Positions 17,814-27,578 of a stretch of 64,000 nucleotides of DNA are shown piece by piece. The notes beneath the pieces were generated by a model. The model was not told where the DNA came from. It saw only the letters and a program-made list of their open reading frames with translations, and made no database searches. The position numbers and the translations under genes were made by a program. The stretch lies in assembly GCA_046350615.1 (NCBI GenBank), contig JAXMAA010000002.1, forward strand, positions 277,204 through 341,203, in the 5' to 3' direction. The first letter of the stretch is position 1; each line of letters begins with the position of its first letter. The stretch comes from Candidatus Saccharimonadales bacterium. Its GTDB lineage: Bacteria; Patescibacteriota; Saccharimonadia; Saccharimonadales; UBA7683.

Positions 17814-18314
17814 ATGAGCGATATCACAAAACAAGATCTCGACAATCTAGAGGAACGGCTTTCTAAAAAGATTGACAGCCAAGGGGTGGAGCTTCGTAAG
17901 GAGATTAAAGAATCCGGTAATCAACTCCGTAAAGAAATTAAAGAATCCGGTAATCAACTCCGTAAAGAAATTAAAGAATCCGGTAATCAACTCCGTAAAG
18001 AAATTAAAGAATCCGGAGATCAACTTCGCAAGGAGATCAAAGAATCGGCAGATACTGTGCTGGAAGTTATAAGTAGTCTTGCGACTTCATCGAGCAACCA
18101 ATTTATTCAAATTGACCAAAAACTTGAAGATTTACGTGCCGATCTTACAATCATAAAACGTCAAATCAATAACATTAATGCTGATATTGACAGGGCATTC
18201 AAAAACAAAACCGTTACTGAAGAGGAGACAACTGCGCTCATTGCCGGACAACGTCGTCTGGAGCGGTGGGTTGAGCAGATTGCCTCAGAGACTGGCATCA
18301 AGCTAACCGCATAG
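17814..18314 (+). CDS. Coiled-coil protein with five tandem 11-residue repeats (LRKEIKESGNQ)
   Basis: ATG 17814 (MSDITKQDLDNLEERL...). The track start 17694 would overlap rarA's 5' end on the opposite strand. Confidence 0.55.
   Translation: MSDITKQDLDNLEERLSKKIDSQGVELRKEIKESGNQLRKEIKESGNQLRKEIKESGNQLRKEIKESGDQLRKEIKESADTVLEVISSLATSSSNQFIQIDQKLEDLRADLTIIKRQINNINADIDRAFKNKTVTEEETTALIAGQRRLERWVEQIASETGIKLTA
17892..18056 (+). repeat. 5 x 33-bp in-frame tandem repeat (three central copies identical)
   Basis: CTCCGTAAAGAAATTAAAGAATCCGGTAATCAA units at 17925, 17958 and (with two changes near its end) 17991, flanked by diverged copies at 17892 and 18024. Confidence 0.9.
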
Positions 18315-18315
18315 T

Positions 18316-18861
18316 ATGAGATATGCAGCGTTACTTCGCGGCGTCAATGTTGGCGGCAAAAACAAAATTGCGATGGCTGATCTTGTATTGAGCCTTGAGA
18401 CCCTGGGTTTCACCGAGGTGTCGACACTGCTTAATAGCGGCAACGCAGTATTTACTGCTGCGGGTACGGCGCAGTCTATCGCACAAAAAATTGAGGCGGC
18501 ACTTGTTCAATCGTTTCAGTTCGATAGCGAGCTGATAAAAGTTTTAGTGCTTTCTCAAAAAGATATCAAGAGAGTTATCGATCAGGCACCAAAAAACTTT
18601 GGCTCACAACCGGATACATACTACAGCGATGTGGTATTTCTCATTGATTTCCCTACCGAAGAAGCGTTTGCCGAAACCGAATGCAACCCTGAGGTGGACA
18701 GCGCATGGCGTGGTGAGGGTGTTATATACTATCAGCGTCTTGGTGAGGGTCGCACCAGGAGCCGGCTTGGCAAAATTATTGCCAAACCAGTTTACAAATC
18801 AATGACTATCCGTACATTCAACACCGTCAAAAAGCTTTATCAACGGACGAGTGAAGTGTGA
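18316..18861 (+). CDS. DUF1697 family protein
   Basis: MRYAALLRGVNVGGKNKIAMADL is the characteristic DUF1697 N-terminus. Confidence 0.7.
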   Translation: MRYAALLRGVNVGGKNKIAMADLVLSLETLGFTEVSTLLNSGNAVFTAAGTAQSIAQKIEAALVQSFQFDSELIKVLVLSQKDIKRVIDQAPKNFGSQPDTYYSDVVFLIDFPTEEAFAETECNPEVDSAWRGEGVIYYQRLGEGRTRSRLGKIIAKPVYKSMTIRTFNTVKKLYQRTSEV

Positions 18862-19445
18862 TGAAGCACGTCGTGATCTACGTTCCCGGCCTTGGAGATA
18901 AGATGAAGTGGCTTGTTTGGTTGCAGAAGTGGGCACTCAGCTTGTGGCGGATTCGCGGCGCGAAGCCCATAGTTATAACAATGCGCTGGACGGATCCAAT
19001 CCCGCTTCAGCCACGATTTAATAAGCTACTGGACTGCATAGATCGGCTTCACGGCGAGGGCAAAACGGTTTCATTAATCGGCACAAGTGCTGGAGCAAGT
19101 GCAGTGGTGACGGCGTTTGTTCAGAGGCGTGAGAAAATTAGAGGCGTAGTAACCATATGCGGCAAACTACAAGGTGGTATCCCTGATTCCGTGAAACAGC
19201 TCAATCCTTCGTTTACTGAGTCGCTTGATCAGCTTGGGCATTCAATGAAGAAACTTACGCCAGATTTAAAAAAACGAATACTGAATGTTTATTCGCCTCT
19301 CGATGCAGTCGTGCCGCCCGACCAAGCTGTTATTGCGGGTGCTCAAAAGATTGAAACCCATGGCCTCGGGCACAACCCCACCTGCGCATACGTCCTCTTA
19401 TTCAAATCAAGTGAAATCACTCGATTTCTGAAGAGGAAGTCATAG
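18858..19445 (+). CDS. Alpha/beta-hydrolase-like protein
   Basis: G-x-S-x-G nucleophile elbow in LIGTSAGAS; C-terminal HGLGHN; 4-nt overlap with the upstream gene. Confidence 0.5.
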   Translation: MMKHVVIYVPGLGDKMKWLVWLQKWALSLWRIRGAKPIVITMRWTDPIPLQPRFNKLLDCIDRLHGEGKTVSLIGTSAGASAVVTAFVQRREKIRGVVTICGKLQGGIPDSVKQLNPSFTESLDQLGHSMKKLTPDLKKRILNVYSPLDAVVPPDQAVIAGAQKIETHGLGHNPTCAYVLLFKSSEITRFLKRKS

Positions 19446-19479
19446 AATTACTGGCGCTCCTGTTGGCGGTTGTCGAAAC

Positions 19480-19509
19480 TTGACAAACAATCATAAAGTA
19501 TGATATTAT
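19480..19509 (+). promoter_or_regulatory. Candidate sigma70-type promoter upstream of typA leader
   Basis: TTGACA (19480-19485), 18-nt spacer, TATTAT (19504-19509) preceded by TG (19501-19502, extended -10 TGaTATTAT). Confidence 0.4.
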
Positions 19510-19566
19510 AAAAAGATAGGGATATCACAGTAACCCTGTGGTATACTAGTGGTAACGTATTTTAGT

Positions 19567-19596
19567 GCGCCATACAATCCGGGCGCTTTTATTTTT
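19567..19596 (+). terminator. Terminator-like hairpin in the typA leader (attenuator, short transcript end, or terminator of the upstream gene)
   Basis: GCGCC (19567-71) / GGCGC (19582-86) stem, 10-nt loop, followed by TTTTATTTTT; 12 nt before typA ATG. Confidence 0.3.
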
Positions 19597-19607
19597 GAAA
19601 GACAGGT

Positions 19608-21434
19608 ATGCAGCAAGATCCAAGCAAAATTAGAAACATTGCGATTATCGCGCACGTTGACCACGGTAAAACTACACTTGTGGACGGCCTGTTGAAGCAA
19701 TCCCACACATTCCGTGATAACCAGGCTGAAATGAGCCAAGAGCTGATTATGGATAGCGGAGATCAAGAGCGTGAGAGGGGTATTACAATTACCGCTAAGA
19801 TTACGGCTGTTCAACATGGAGATTATCGAATTAACATCATCGACACCCCCGGCCACGCTGATTTCTCAGGGGAGGTAGAGCGAACACTCAATATGGCGGA
19901 TGGCTGTATTTTGATTGTTGATGCACAGGAAGGGCCAATGCCGCAAACCAAGTTTGTGCTGACTAAAGCGCTGGCTAACGGCTTGAAGCCAATTGTAGTC
20001 ATTAATAAAATCGATAAACCCGGCAACCGTTTGGGCGAAGTTGAAGACGAGTTGGCAGATCTCTTTTTAGAACTTGCTGTGCACGAAGATCAGCTTCATT
20101 ATCCGGTGTATTACGCTATCGGGAGAGAAGGTAAGGCTTGGGCGGAGGTTCCGGCCGACCCTACCAAAGAGGGCGATCTAGAGGTTATTTTCGAGGCTAT
20201 CATCAACGAAGTGCCGGCCCCTGATGTAGAGCTTGAAAAGCCATTCCAGATGTTGGTTACAGCATTGGCGTACGATTCTTTTAAGGGAAAATACGCAATT
20301 GGTCGCATCAACCGTGGCAAAATTTCTGCTGGCGATCAGGTGGCAGTTTGCAAAAAAGATGGTAGCACTCTTAAGACAAAGGCTGAGCTCGTGTTTATGA
20401 GTCGTGGCGTAACAAAGTTTGAGGTGGAAGGTGGTATTGCTGGCGATATCGTGCAAATTACTGGCCTGAAAGATGTGCAAATTGGCGAAACGGTTGCGGA
20501 TACTAATAGCCCAGAAGCGTTACCGGTTTTAGAGGTTGAAGCACCAACTTTGCAGGTCTACATTGGCCCAAATACGAGTCCATTTAAAGGTACCGAAGGT
20601 GAATTTAACACTTCTCGTCAGATTGCAGATAGATTAAGCAAAGAACTGGAAATGAACATTGGTTTGAGGGTTGAAGAACACGGCATCGGCTTTTTAGTCT
20701 CGGGCCGTGGCGAACTTCACCTTTCGGTTTTGATCGAAACCATGCGCCGAGAAGGCTATGAATTTGAAGTTGGCCGACCGCAGGTCGTAACAAAAGAAGA
20801 AGATGGCAAAACAGTGGAGCCACTTGAAGAACTTATCATTGAAGTTCCAGCCGAGCATGCAGGTAGCGTCCAGATGGAACTTGGTCAGCGCCGTGCAACA
20901 CTTAAAGAACAGTTTACTACCAGTCAAGGCGCAACTAAACTTATCTACGAACTGCCAACCCGAGCACTTCTTGGCCTACGAAACATCTTAGTCACCGCAA
21001 CCAAAGGAACTGTCATTATGAACAGCCTTACCATCGGTTACCAGCCACAAGGTCCGTCCTTGCAGCAGCTACGAAGCGGTGCACTTATTTCATTTGAGCA
21101 GGGTATAGCAACGCCGTACAGCCTAGAAAATGCCCAGGCCAGAGGTGAGGTGTTTGTTGGCCCAGGTGCTAAAGTATATGCCGGCCAGGTAATTGGTCTT
21201 AATAACCGAACAGAAGATCTCGAGATTAATATTGTAAAAGAAAAGCACCTTACCAATATTCGCAGCTCCAGTTCAGATGGTATTGTCCAGCTCGTCCCTT
21301 ACACACAGCTGAGTCTCGAACAATGTCTCGATTTTATCGAAAATGACGAGCTACTCGAAGTGACCCCACAAAACCTCCGCCTCCGGAAACGTGAGCTTGA
21401 TCCAAACAAGCGAAAACGCCTCAAAAAATCCTAA
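19608..21434 (+). CDS. typA: Translational GTPase TypA/BipA
   Basis: 608 aa; G1 [10 protein letters not shown]3 DTPGHADF, G4 NKID; full-length EF-G-like domain order with the BipA C-terminal domain. Confidence 0.95.
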   Translation: MQQDPSKIRNIAIIAHVDHGKTTLVDGLLKQSHTFRDNQAEMSQELIMDSGDQERERGITITAKITAVQHGDYRINIIDTPGHADFSGEVERTLNMADGCILIVDAQEGPMPQTKFVLTKALANGLKPIVVINKIDKPGNRLGEVEDELADLFLELAVHEDQLHYPVYYAIGREGKAWAEVPADPTKEGDLEVIFEAIINEVPAPDVELEKPFQMLVTALAYDSFKGKYAIGRINRGKISAGDQVAVCKKDGSTLKTKAELVFMSRGVTKFEVEGGIAGDIVQITGLKDVQIGETVADTNSPEALPVLEVEAPTLQVYIGPNTSPFKGTEGEFNTSRQIADRLSKELEMNIGLRVEEHGIGFLVSGRGELHLSVLIETMRREGYEFEVGRPQVVTKEEDGKTVEPLEELIIEVPAEHAGSVQMELGQRRATLKEQFTTSQGATKLIYELPTRALLGLRNILVTATKGTVIMNSLTIGYQPQGPSLQQLRSGALISFEQGIATPYSLENAQARGEVFVGPGAKVYAGQVIGLNNRTEDLEINIVKEKHLTNIRSSSSDGIVQLVPYTQLSLEQCLDFIENDELLEVTPQNLRLRKRELDPNKRKRLKKS

Positions 21435-21485
21435 CAACCACGCCTAAACACATACTGAACTCACTTACTCAACTCAACACACTTT

Positions 21486-22184
21486 AAAAAGGTCTCACCT
21501 TTTAAGGTGAGAAATAGTGTAATATAGTATTATGCCTTCACGAAACGTTATCAAAGAGTTTGCTCCTGGTCAGTACTACCATATATACAACAGAGGGGTT
21601 GCCAAATTACCAATATTTTTAGATGCACAGGATAAACATGTATTTCTCAAGATCTTGAGGCGACATCTTGACCCACATGATAAGAGTCTGAGGGACGATG
21701 GCGTAGTGTATCGCAAATTTAACACAGATATTGAACTTCTATGTTACTGCCTGATGGGTAATCATTTTCATCTTCTTTTTTACGTTAAAGAAGATGGTGA
21801 CCCGAATGCCCTCAGCGTGTTTATGCAATCAGCGATGACGGCCTATACGATGTATTTTAATAAACGACATAAACGTGTAGGCGCATTGTTTCAAGGGGTC
21901 TTCAAAGCTTCTAGGATTACCAATGAGAACTATCTGACCCACATCACTCGATACATCCACATCAATCCCCAAACCTATAAAACCTATGCGCATTCAAGCA
22001 TCGGCTATTATCTGGGACAGAAGCGCTCAAGCTGGCTTAATCAAGATAGGGTACTTGCAATTTTTGAAGGAGAAGACTATTCGTCTTTCCTTGAGGACTA
22101 TGAAGAGCAAAAACTCATTATGGAAGAAATTAAATCTGAATTAGCAAATTACCGAAATTAACAGATGAAAAGGTGAGACCTTTT
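21486..22184 (+). mobile_element. Y1 (HUH) transposase gene bracketed by 17-bp inverted repeats (RAYT/IS200-like unit 1)
   Basis: Left AAAAGGTCTCACCTTTT (within 21486-21503) and right AAAAGGTGAGACCTTTT (22168-22184) are exact reverse complements. GGTGAGAAAT follows on both sides (21506-21515, 22189-22198). Confidence 0.5.
21532..22161 (+). CDS. IS200-like / REP-associated tyrosine transposase family protein (COG1943, Y1_Tnp)
   Basis: YHIYNRGVAK..., HUH motif GNHFHLLFY, YFNKRHKRVGALFQGVFKA, catalytic-Tyr region TRYIHINP. Confidence 0.8.
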   Translation: MPSRNVIKEFAPGQYYHIYNRGVAKLPIFLDAQDKHVFLKILRRHLDPHDKSLRDDGVVYRKFNTDIELLCYCLMGNHFHLLFYVKEDGDPNALSVFMQSAMTAYTMYFNKRHKRVGALFQGVFKASRITNENYLTHITRYIHINPQTYKTYAHSSIGYYLGQKRSSWLNQDRVLAIFEGEDYSSFLEDYEEQKLIMEEIKSELANYRN

Positions 22185-22249
22185 ATTTGGTGAGAAATTT
22201 ACTGGGAGCCATTGCTTATGTATAATGGGGTGAAAGCGAGGAGATTGAT

Positions 22250-23161
22250 ATGGGGAGTTCGCCACTTGTTCTGAAAGACCTTACTAAGCGGTATGGATCG
22301 GCGAAAGGGATCGAAAAGGTGAATCTTGAGGTTCCGGCTGGTGAGATTTTTGGCTTTCTCGGGCCTAACGGAGCTGGCAAATCTACTGCTATTCGAACAA
22401 TAATGAACTTTTTAAGGCCCACAAGTGGAACGGCAACTATTTTTGGGTTAGATAGTGTACGAGATAGTGCAAAGGTAAAAAGCAGGATAGGTTACCTGGC
22501 TGGTGATTTCGAGCTGTACGATACCCTTACCGGCGCACAATATCTTACTTTTATTGCGCATCTTCGGGGTGTAAAGAATGTAAAACAACAGGTTGATGAG
22601 TTTGCAAATATGCTTGAGGCACAACTCGAAAAAAAGCTTGGTACACTCTCGCGCGGCAACATGCAAAAAATCGCGCTGATTGCCGCATTGCTCCATGATC
22701 CTGACCTACTTATTTTAGATGAGCCTACGACTGGCCTTGATCCGCTTATGCAGAACCGTTTTTATGATTTGATGAGGGAACGAGTTGCGCGTGGCAAAAC
22801 TGTATTTATGTCTTCTCATATTCTTTCTGAAGTGCAGACCATATGCGATCATGTTGCATTTATGAAGCAAGGCGAGCTAGTTGAGACAATTGATGTTAGT
22901 GGGCTGCGAAAAAGTCATAAAAAAGAGGTGCACGTACGTGTGGGTGTCAAAAATGGTCGTCTACCAAAACCAACATTTCAGGATGTTGAGGTTATTAAAC
23001 ATACCAAAAATGAACTGTCTTTTATTACCGCAGAGCCGAGCAAGAGCTTGCTCAGGTGGTTGAGTATTCAGCAGCTCGAAGATGTGACTATTCAAAACGT
23101 CTCTCTTGAAGACCTCTTTCTGAGACTGTACGGTGGAAAAATGGAGGAAGAGCGTGTTTAA
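22250..23161 (+). CDS. ABC transporter ATP-binding protein (ABC-2 type)
   Basis: Walker A GPNGAGKST, signature LSRGNMQK, Walker B LLILDEPTTGLD. Confidence 0.9.
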   Translation: MGSSPLVLKDLTKRYGSAKGIEKVNLEVPAGEIFGFLGPNGAGKSTAIRTIMNFLRPTSGTATIFGLDSVRDSAKVKSRIGYLAGDFELYDTLTGAQYLTFIAHLRGVKNVKQQVDEFANMLEAQLEKKLGTLSRGNMQKIALIAALLHDPDLLILDEPTTGLDPLMQNRFYDLMRERVARGKTVFMSSHILSEVQTICDHVAFMKQGELVETIDVSGLRKSHKKEVHVRVGVKNGRLPKPTFQDVEVIKHTKNELSFITAEPSKSLLRWLSIQQLEDVTIQNVSLEDLFLRLYGGKMEEERV

Positions 23162-23957
23162 AAACATATTTACAAAAACACTCTACGACAAGCGCAGTTT
23201 TATGTTTGGCTGGTCACTGGGGCTTGCGATAATGGCTGGCATTACAATTGCATTCTTCCCAACCATTAAAGATCAGATAGGAACTTTGTTCGCTAATGTG
23301 CCCAAGGCGCTCGAAAGCGTTACGGGAACTTCTGAAGATTACAAAAACATTGTTGGTTATGTTGCCACGGGCGTATTTGATCTGCGCATACCGATGTTGA
23401 CCATCACAATGGCAATTATTTTAGCACTCGGCTTGAGTGCGGGCGAGGAATCTTCAGGGAGACTTTATCAGCTGCTCGCACAGCCGGTTACCCGCACAAA
23501 GGTGGTGCTGCAAAAATGGATGGCTATGACAGGAATCTTCTTTTTGACACATGTAATGCTGCTCATTGGTATCTGGATGGTTATTGTATTGGTTGGCGAA
23601 AATATGGCGTTTTCTAAAATATGGGCGGGCACGCTGATGTGTTTTTTGCTGACCCTAGCGAGCGGTTCACTTACCTTGGCGCTTGGTTTTGGGCTGGGAA
23701 GAAAGGGGCTGACTACAGTGCTCATTACAAGCTATACATTCGGTAGCTATTTGCTTACATCTTTTGCGGCACAAATTGACTGGTTAAAGCATGTTGAGCC
23801 GGTCTCGCCGTTTCATTACTATAAGGCTTCTGATGCGATTAAGGTCGGTCTTAGTTTACGGCATATTATAATCTTACTATTGATTACGTGTATTGCCGTG
23901 GCAATTGGCACGGTACTCTTTAATCGTAGAGATATTGGTACGCACAATGCGTCGTAA
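23133..23957 (+). CDS. ABC-2 family transporter permease
   Basis: 274 aa with about six TM segments, overlaps the ATPase gene 3' end; the start could also be GTG 23154. Confidence 0.7.
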   Translation: MEKWRKSVFKNIFTKTLYDKRSFMFGWSLGLAIMAGITIAFFPTIKDQIGTLFANVPKALESVTGTSEDYKNIVGYVATGVFDLRIPMLTITMAIILALGLSAGEESSGRLYQLLAQPVTRTKVVLQKWMAMTGIFFLTHVMLLIGIWMVIVLVGENMAFSKIWAGTLMCFLLTLASGSLTLALGFGLGRKGLTTVLITSYTFGSYLLTSFAAQIDWLKHVEPVSPFHYYKASDAIKVGLSLRHIIILLLITCIAVAIGTVLFNRRDIGTHNAS

Positions 23958-25737
23958 ACGAATCGTTGCAATTTTACTTACAGCCCTCTTTACTTGCGGC
24001 TTTTTTGTACAATCAGCTGCAGCGCAATCAGTGAACGACTTCCGCATACAATCATTTGTTGCCGATTACTATCTTACGCAGAACAAAGAAAACGTTGCTG
24101 AGCTAAAAGTGGTAGAAAAAATAGAAGCCATCTTTCCTGATTATGATCAAAACCACGGCATTGAACGAGTAATTCCTAAAACATACAAGGATAGTAGCTT
24201 AAATCTTAAAGTTGAAAGTGTTACGAAGACAGATGGATCAAAGTGGGACTACGCAACTCGGGGTGACAGTGGTAACGAGATTCTCCGTATTGGCGATGCC
24301 AACCGCTATGTTCATGGTCTGCAAACATATGTCGTCACGTATACTATGCATGATATTGTGCGCTTTTATGATACTCACGATGAGTGGTATTGGGATGTGA
24401 ACGGCGACCAGTGGCTGCAGCCATTTGATAACGTCTCGGCGAGAATTCACATCCCTTTATCACTCGCAGAAAAATTAAATACTGAAATGAAATGCTTCAC
24501 TGGAGCATACGGTAGCGCCACGAGCAACTGTACCTTGATACGATCTGAGCCTGCTGACGGTGAAGTGGTTGTTGCTGTTGAGACCACCCAGGCCCTTGGC
24601 AAATCCGAGGGGCTTACGTTTGTACTCGGCTTTGAGCAAAACACCTTTGCGAAATATAAGGTGAATGCAGCCTATGTGATACTGGGTATCCTACTTATTA
24701 TTGCAGCGGTATTGATTATTCCTGGCATCGCCTTTATGGTGATGTACCGAAAATGGCGTACCCATGGTAAAGACCCTGCTGGCAAGGGCGTTATTGTGCC
24801 GCAATATGTGCCGTTAAAAGATCTCGATCCTATTTTGAGTGATCTTATTTTGAATGAACGGCTGCAAACAAAGGCAATTAGCGCGGCAATGCTGGATCTG
24901 TGTATTGCGGGGTATATCAAGTTGTATGAAGTAAAAAAGGATAAAATTGTAGGCTCATCAACACAGTACGAGGTTGAGTTGGTGAAAGACTCGCCCGCAC
25001 TAAGCCAGGAGCAACGGAAAGTGATAAGCATGCTATTTACAGAGCAGGTTGTAGGAGAACGTATTAACCTCAACGAGTTAAAAAACAAGTTGTATAAAGA
25101 GGTTTCTACACTTCAGAAGTCGGCATCGGCACGTATTGCCGAGTTCGGCTACTTTAGGGAAGATCCAGAAGTTGCTCGCAAAAAATACTATGGGTGGGGC
25201 ATGCTACTCTTGGTGCTTGGTTTCGCTCCGCTTTTTATCTTTCCGCCACTTGCTTTAGCGACCGCAAGCATTGGCATAGCCGGAGTTATAGTTCTTGTCT
25301 TTAGCGCTGCAATGCCCGCAAGAACTGAAAAAGGCGTTGCGGCCAAAGAATATCTCCTTGGCCTGGGAGAGTATATGAAGTTGGCCGAAAAAGAACGGAT
25401 TGAGTTTTTACAAGCCCCCGGTACGGTCGAGAAGATTGATGTTACTGATACGCAAAAGCTTGTGAAGCTATATGAAAAACTTTTGCCGTACGCCGTGCTT
25501 TTTGGAATCGAAAAACAATGGGCAAAACAGTTCGCGCAGCTTTATCAACAACCACCCGATTGGTATAGTGGCAGCACTGCCTTTAATGCGGCAGTGTTCT
25601 CAAATGCAATCAGCGGTTTTAATACTGTATCGAAATCAAGCTTCACAGCACCAAGCAGCTCGGGATCATCGGGTTTCTCTGGTGGGGGAGGTTTCTCTGG
25701 CGGTGGCGGTGGAGGCGGCGGAGGCGGCGGTTGGTAG
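23947..25737 (+). CDS. DUF2207 domain membrane protein
   Basis: ATG 23947 gives signal peptide MRRKRIVAILLTALFTCGFFVQSAAA; extracellular N-domain, TM helices, and the family-typical Gly-rich tail SGGGGFSGGGGGGGGGGGW. Confidence 0.75.
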   Translation: MRRKRIVAILLTALFTCGFFVQSAAAQSVNDFRIQSFVADYYLTQNKENVAELKVVEKIEAIFPDYDQNHGIERVIPKTYKDSSLNLKVESVTKTDGSKWDYATRGDSGNEILRIGDANRYVHGLQTYVVTYTMHDIVRFYDTHDEWYWDVNGDQWLQPFDNVSARIHIPLSLAEKLNTEMKCFTGAYGSATSNCTLIRSEPADGEVVVAVETTQALGKSEGLTFVLGFEQNTFAKYKVNAAYVILGILLIIAAVLIIPGIAFMVMYRKWRTHGKDPAGKGVIVPQYVPLKDLDPILSDLILNERLQTKAISAAMLDLCIAGYIKLYEVKKDKIVGSSTQYEVELVKDSPALSQEQRKVISMLFTEQVVGERINLNELKNKLYKEVSTLQKSASARIAEFGYFREDPEVARKKYYGWGMLLLVLGFAPLFIFPPLALATASIGIAGVIVLVFSAAMPARTEKGVAAKEYLLGLGEYMKLAEKERIEFLQAPGTVEKIDVTDTQKLVKLYEKLLPYAVLFGIEKQWAKQFAQLYQQPPDWYSGSTAFNAAVFSNAISGFNTVSKSSFTAPSSSGSSGFSGGGGFSGGGGGGGGGGGW

Positions 25738-25770
25738 CCTTGGAGCCAACTTGTATAATTAAAGTTTGTT

Positions 25771-26202
25771 ATGTATCAATATCGTAAAACCAGAAAACGC
25801 TATGCAAGAGCGAATAAAGCTGATAAAACTTCCAGCAAAGGGTGTACATTTTGCACATCTGAGATAGCGGAGCGATCGTTGATAGACGGTGAGCATGCCT
25901 TCTTGGTGCCAAATAGAGTTTTTTACGATGCGTGGGAGCTAAACGATGTTGTTGACCATCTTTTGCTTATCCCAAAGCAGCACGCAAAAAGTCTTGCAGG
26001 TCTGAGCGATGAGGCTCGGCAAGAAATCATGCAAATGATGGCGACCTACGAAGCGAAAGGTTACAACATTTACGCCCGTGGCGTGGGTAGTATCATGCGC
26101 TCCGTAAAAGACCATCAACACACTCACTTCATCAAAACGAACAATAAAAAATCAAAATTCGCATTGTTTCTTGAAAAACCATATCTACTGATAAAGAAAT
26201 AA
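25771..26202 (+). CDS. HIT (histidine triad) family protein
   Basis: HLLLIPKQH and histidine triad DHQHTHFI. Confidence 0.7.
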   Translation: MYQYRKTRKRYARANKADKTSSKGCTFCTSEIAERSLIDGEHAFLVPNRVFYDAWELNDVVDHLLLIPKQHAKSLAGLSDEARQEIMQMMATYEAKGYNIYARGVGSIMRSVKDHQHTHFIKTNNKKSKFALFLEKPYLLIKK

Positions 26203-26292
26203 ATGATATACCGATGTTATGAATGAACAGCATTTACCTCGCGGTCGTTGCCTTATTCTTTCCAGCGGTTCGCCGCATCAAGAGATGTTTCT

Positions 26293-26480
26293 AAACCCGA
26301 ATCACGAAACTCCACCCCTGTCATCCTGAGCGTAGTCGAAGGATCTGGCGACTATTAACAGGTGAAGTTAGATCTTTCCTCCTTCGCTGAAGCTACGGTG
26401 GACAGGTCGACAAGCTCAAGATACCTGAGTCTCAAAACTCACCAGTGTCATCCCGGACTTGATCCGGGATCTGGATTCCC
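26293..26480. repeat. Left half of a composite palindromic repeat (GTCAT-hairpin family) split by an IS
   Basis: Outer arm AAACCCGAATCACGAAAC (26293-26310) and inner arm ACCTGAGTCTCAAAACTCAC (26423-26442) have reverse-complement partners at 27655-27672 and 27608-27628. Modules GTCATCCTGAGCGTAGTCGAAGGATC and GTCATCCCGGACTTGATCCGGGATC. Confidence 0.75.
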
Positions 26481-27578
26481 GTATTAACCGCATAATTTCG
26501 GTTGACCCTCTAAGCACTGTACGTCCTTTGAGTTGCGCAGTACATAGGTAACCCATCCTTCGTAGGCAGTTGGTGTACGCCAACCTCGAGCCTTGTTTTG
26601 CAGTGCCCGTACTCTTCGAAAGCTAGATTCACAGCTATTGTTGGTTGCGGGTAAATGCAACTCTGGATAGTATAGATAGCTTCGGTAGTCTCGGAAGTTT
26701 TGTACTAATCCTCGTAAAATACTTGCAACTTCGGTTCTGGGTGTTTGCATCGCATAATCACTCAATAGCCCGAGCACCCTAGAGACCCGCTCGTCATCGG
26801 GTGACTCCAGTACTATATGCACCAGTTCATGCACCCAGTATGTCTCGGGTGTAGCTCGGTGCCATAGTCGCATGTTCTTGTTGAGCTCTTTCAGTACATG
26901 AAAGCAGCATCGTTGCTGCACCCAGCCTCGCTGCCTCGCAATACGTAGGAGCCCCCGATGTCCATCGCTGACGAGTGCTCTTGTTTGAGCAAGCATCTCT
27001 GAGGGAACATGCGAGAGTGCTCTTTGCCACCCAATGCCGGTTTCAGCACCTCGAGCCGTTGTGGTGGCGCACACTGCAGCCCGATTACTCCGGAGCGGGC
27101 GTACGAGAATGAGATATGTAACGTACTGCACCGCACCTATCTTTTGATGCAGTGCATCTGCAAGAAGGATATGAGGCTCTACGCAGGTCATAGACTCTTT
27201 GGCGGCAGCACGAACGACACTTTCCCGAGCAGAAACGACCCTTCGCTGGATGGTAGACGGTGTGTAGCTTGTGCGCTGAGCATGAGCAGCAAGCGACCCA
27301 ATACAGTTACACCGGTACAGCTCAAGTAGATGTACATCTGGCCGCCTCTTTTTTGGACCTCGTTTTGCAGGGTATACTCTCCAGGTTTGTTTACAGGCGG
27401 CACATTGTCTTCGTTTGCCACCGTAGCGTCGCACACGGGCGCTGCAGCAGGTGCTTTTTTGTTGTCGTATTTCCATACACCAGAAAAGCACAGCCACCCA
27501 TGATTATCCAGCCCTTTTTACAGATGGCAGGTCGTGAGCAGTGCAAGTGAGGGTCAACCGAAATTATGCGGTTAATAC
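26481..27578 (-). mobile_element. Insertion sequence, IS256-like (about 1.1 kb, 30-32-bp perfect terminal IRs, 8-bp direct repeat)
   Basis: IR-L GTATTAACCGCATAATTTCGGTTGACCCTC (26481-26510) equals the reverse complement of 27549-27578. GGATTCCC flanks both ends (26473-80, 27579-86). The IR/TSD boundary is ambiguous by up to 2 bp (4-8 bp TSD). Confidence 0.85.
26484..27497 (-). CDS. DDE transposase (IS256/Mutator-like motif spacing) with N-terminal Cys-rich zinc-finger-like segment
   Basis: LLADALH (D), LVSDGHRGLLRIARQ...QQRCCFHV (D), TNNSCESSFRRVR (E+R); D-63-D-110-E spacing; the stop codon lies inside IR-L. Confidence 0.75.
   Translation of the reverse strand: MAVLFWCMEIRQQKSTCCSARVRRYGGKRRQCAACKQTWRVYPAKRGPKKRRPDVHLLELYRCNCIGSLAAHAQRTSYTPSTIQRRVVSARESVVRAAAKESMTCVEPHILLADALHQKIGAVQYVTYLILVRPLRSNRAAVCATTTARGAETGIGWQRALSHVPSEMLAQTRALVSDGHRGLLRIARQRGWVQQRCCFHVLKELNKNMRLWHRATPETYWVHELVHIVLESPDDERVSRVLGLLSDYAMQTPRTEVASILRGLVQNFRDYRSYLYYPELHLPATNNSCESSFRRVRALQNKARGWRTPTAYEGWVTYVLRNSKDVQCLEGQPKLCG

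Noticed and set aside
17892-18056. Regular 33-bp repeats considered as a possible CRISPR array
   Set aside because: The repeats are directly adjacent with no spacers. They are in-frame within a coding sequence, encode an 11-residue coiled-coil unit, and no cas genes are nearby.
19506-19856. 116-aa minus-strand ORF overlapping the typA start
   Set aside because: It is antisense to the highly conserved GTPase G1-G3 region of typA and to its leader, and no independent support exists.
25640-25737. GC-rich GGT/GGC run considered as a phase-variable tract or G-quadruplex
   Set aside because: It encodes the glycine-rich C-terminal tail characteristic of DUF2207 proteins. The codons are mixed GGT/GGC/GGA/GGG, not a pure homopolymer.
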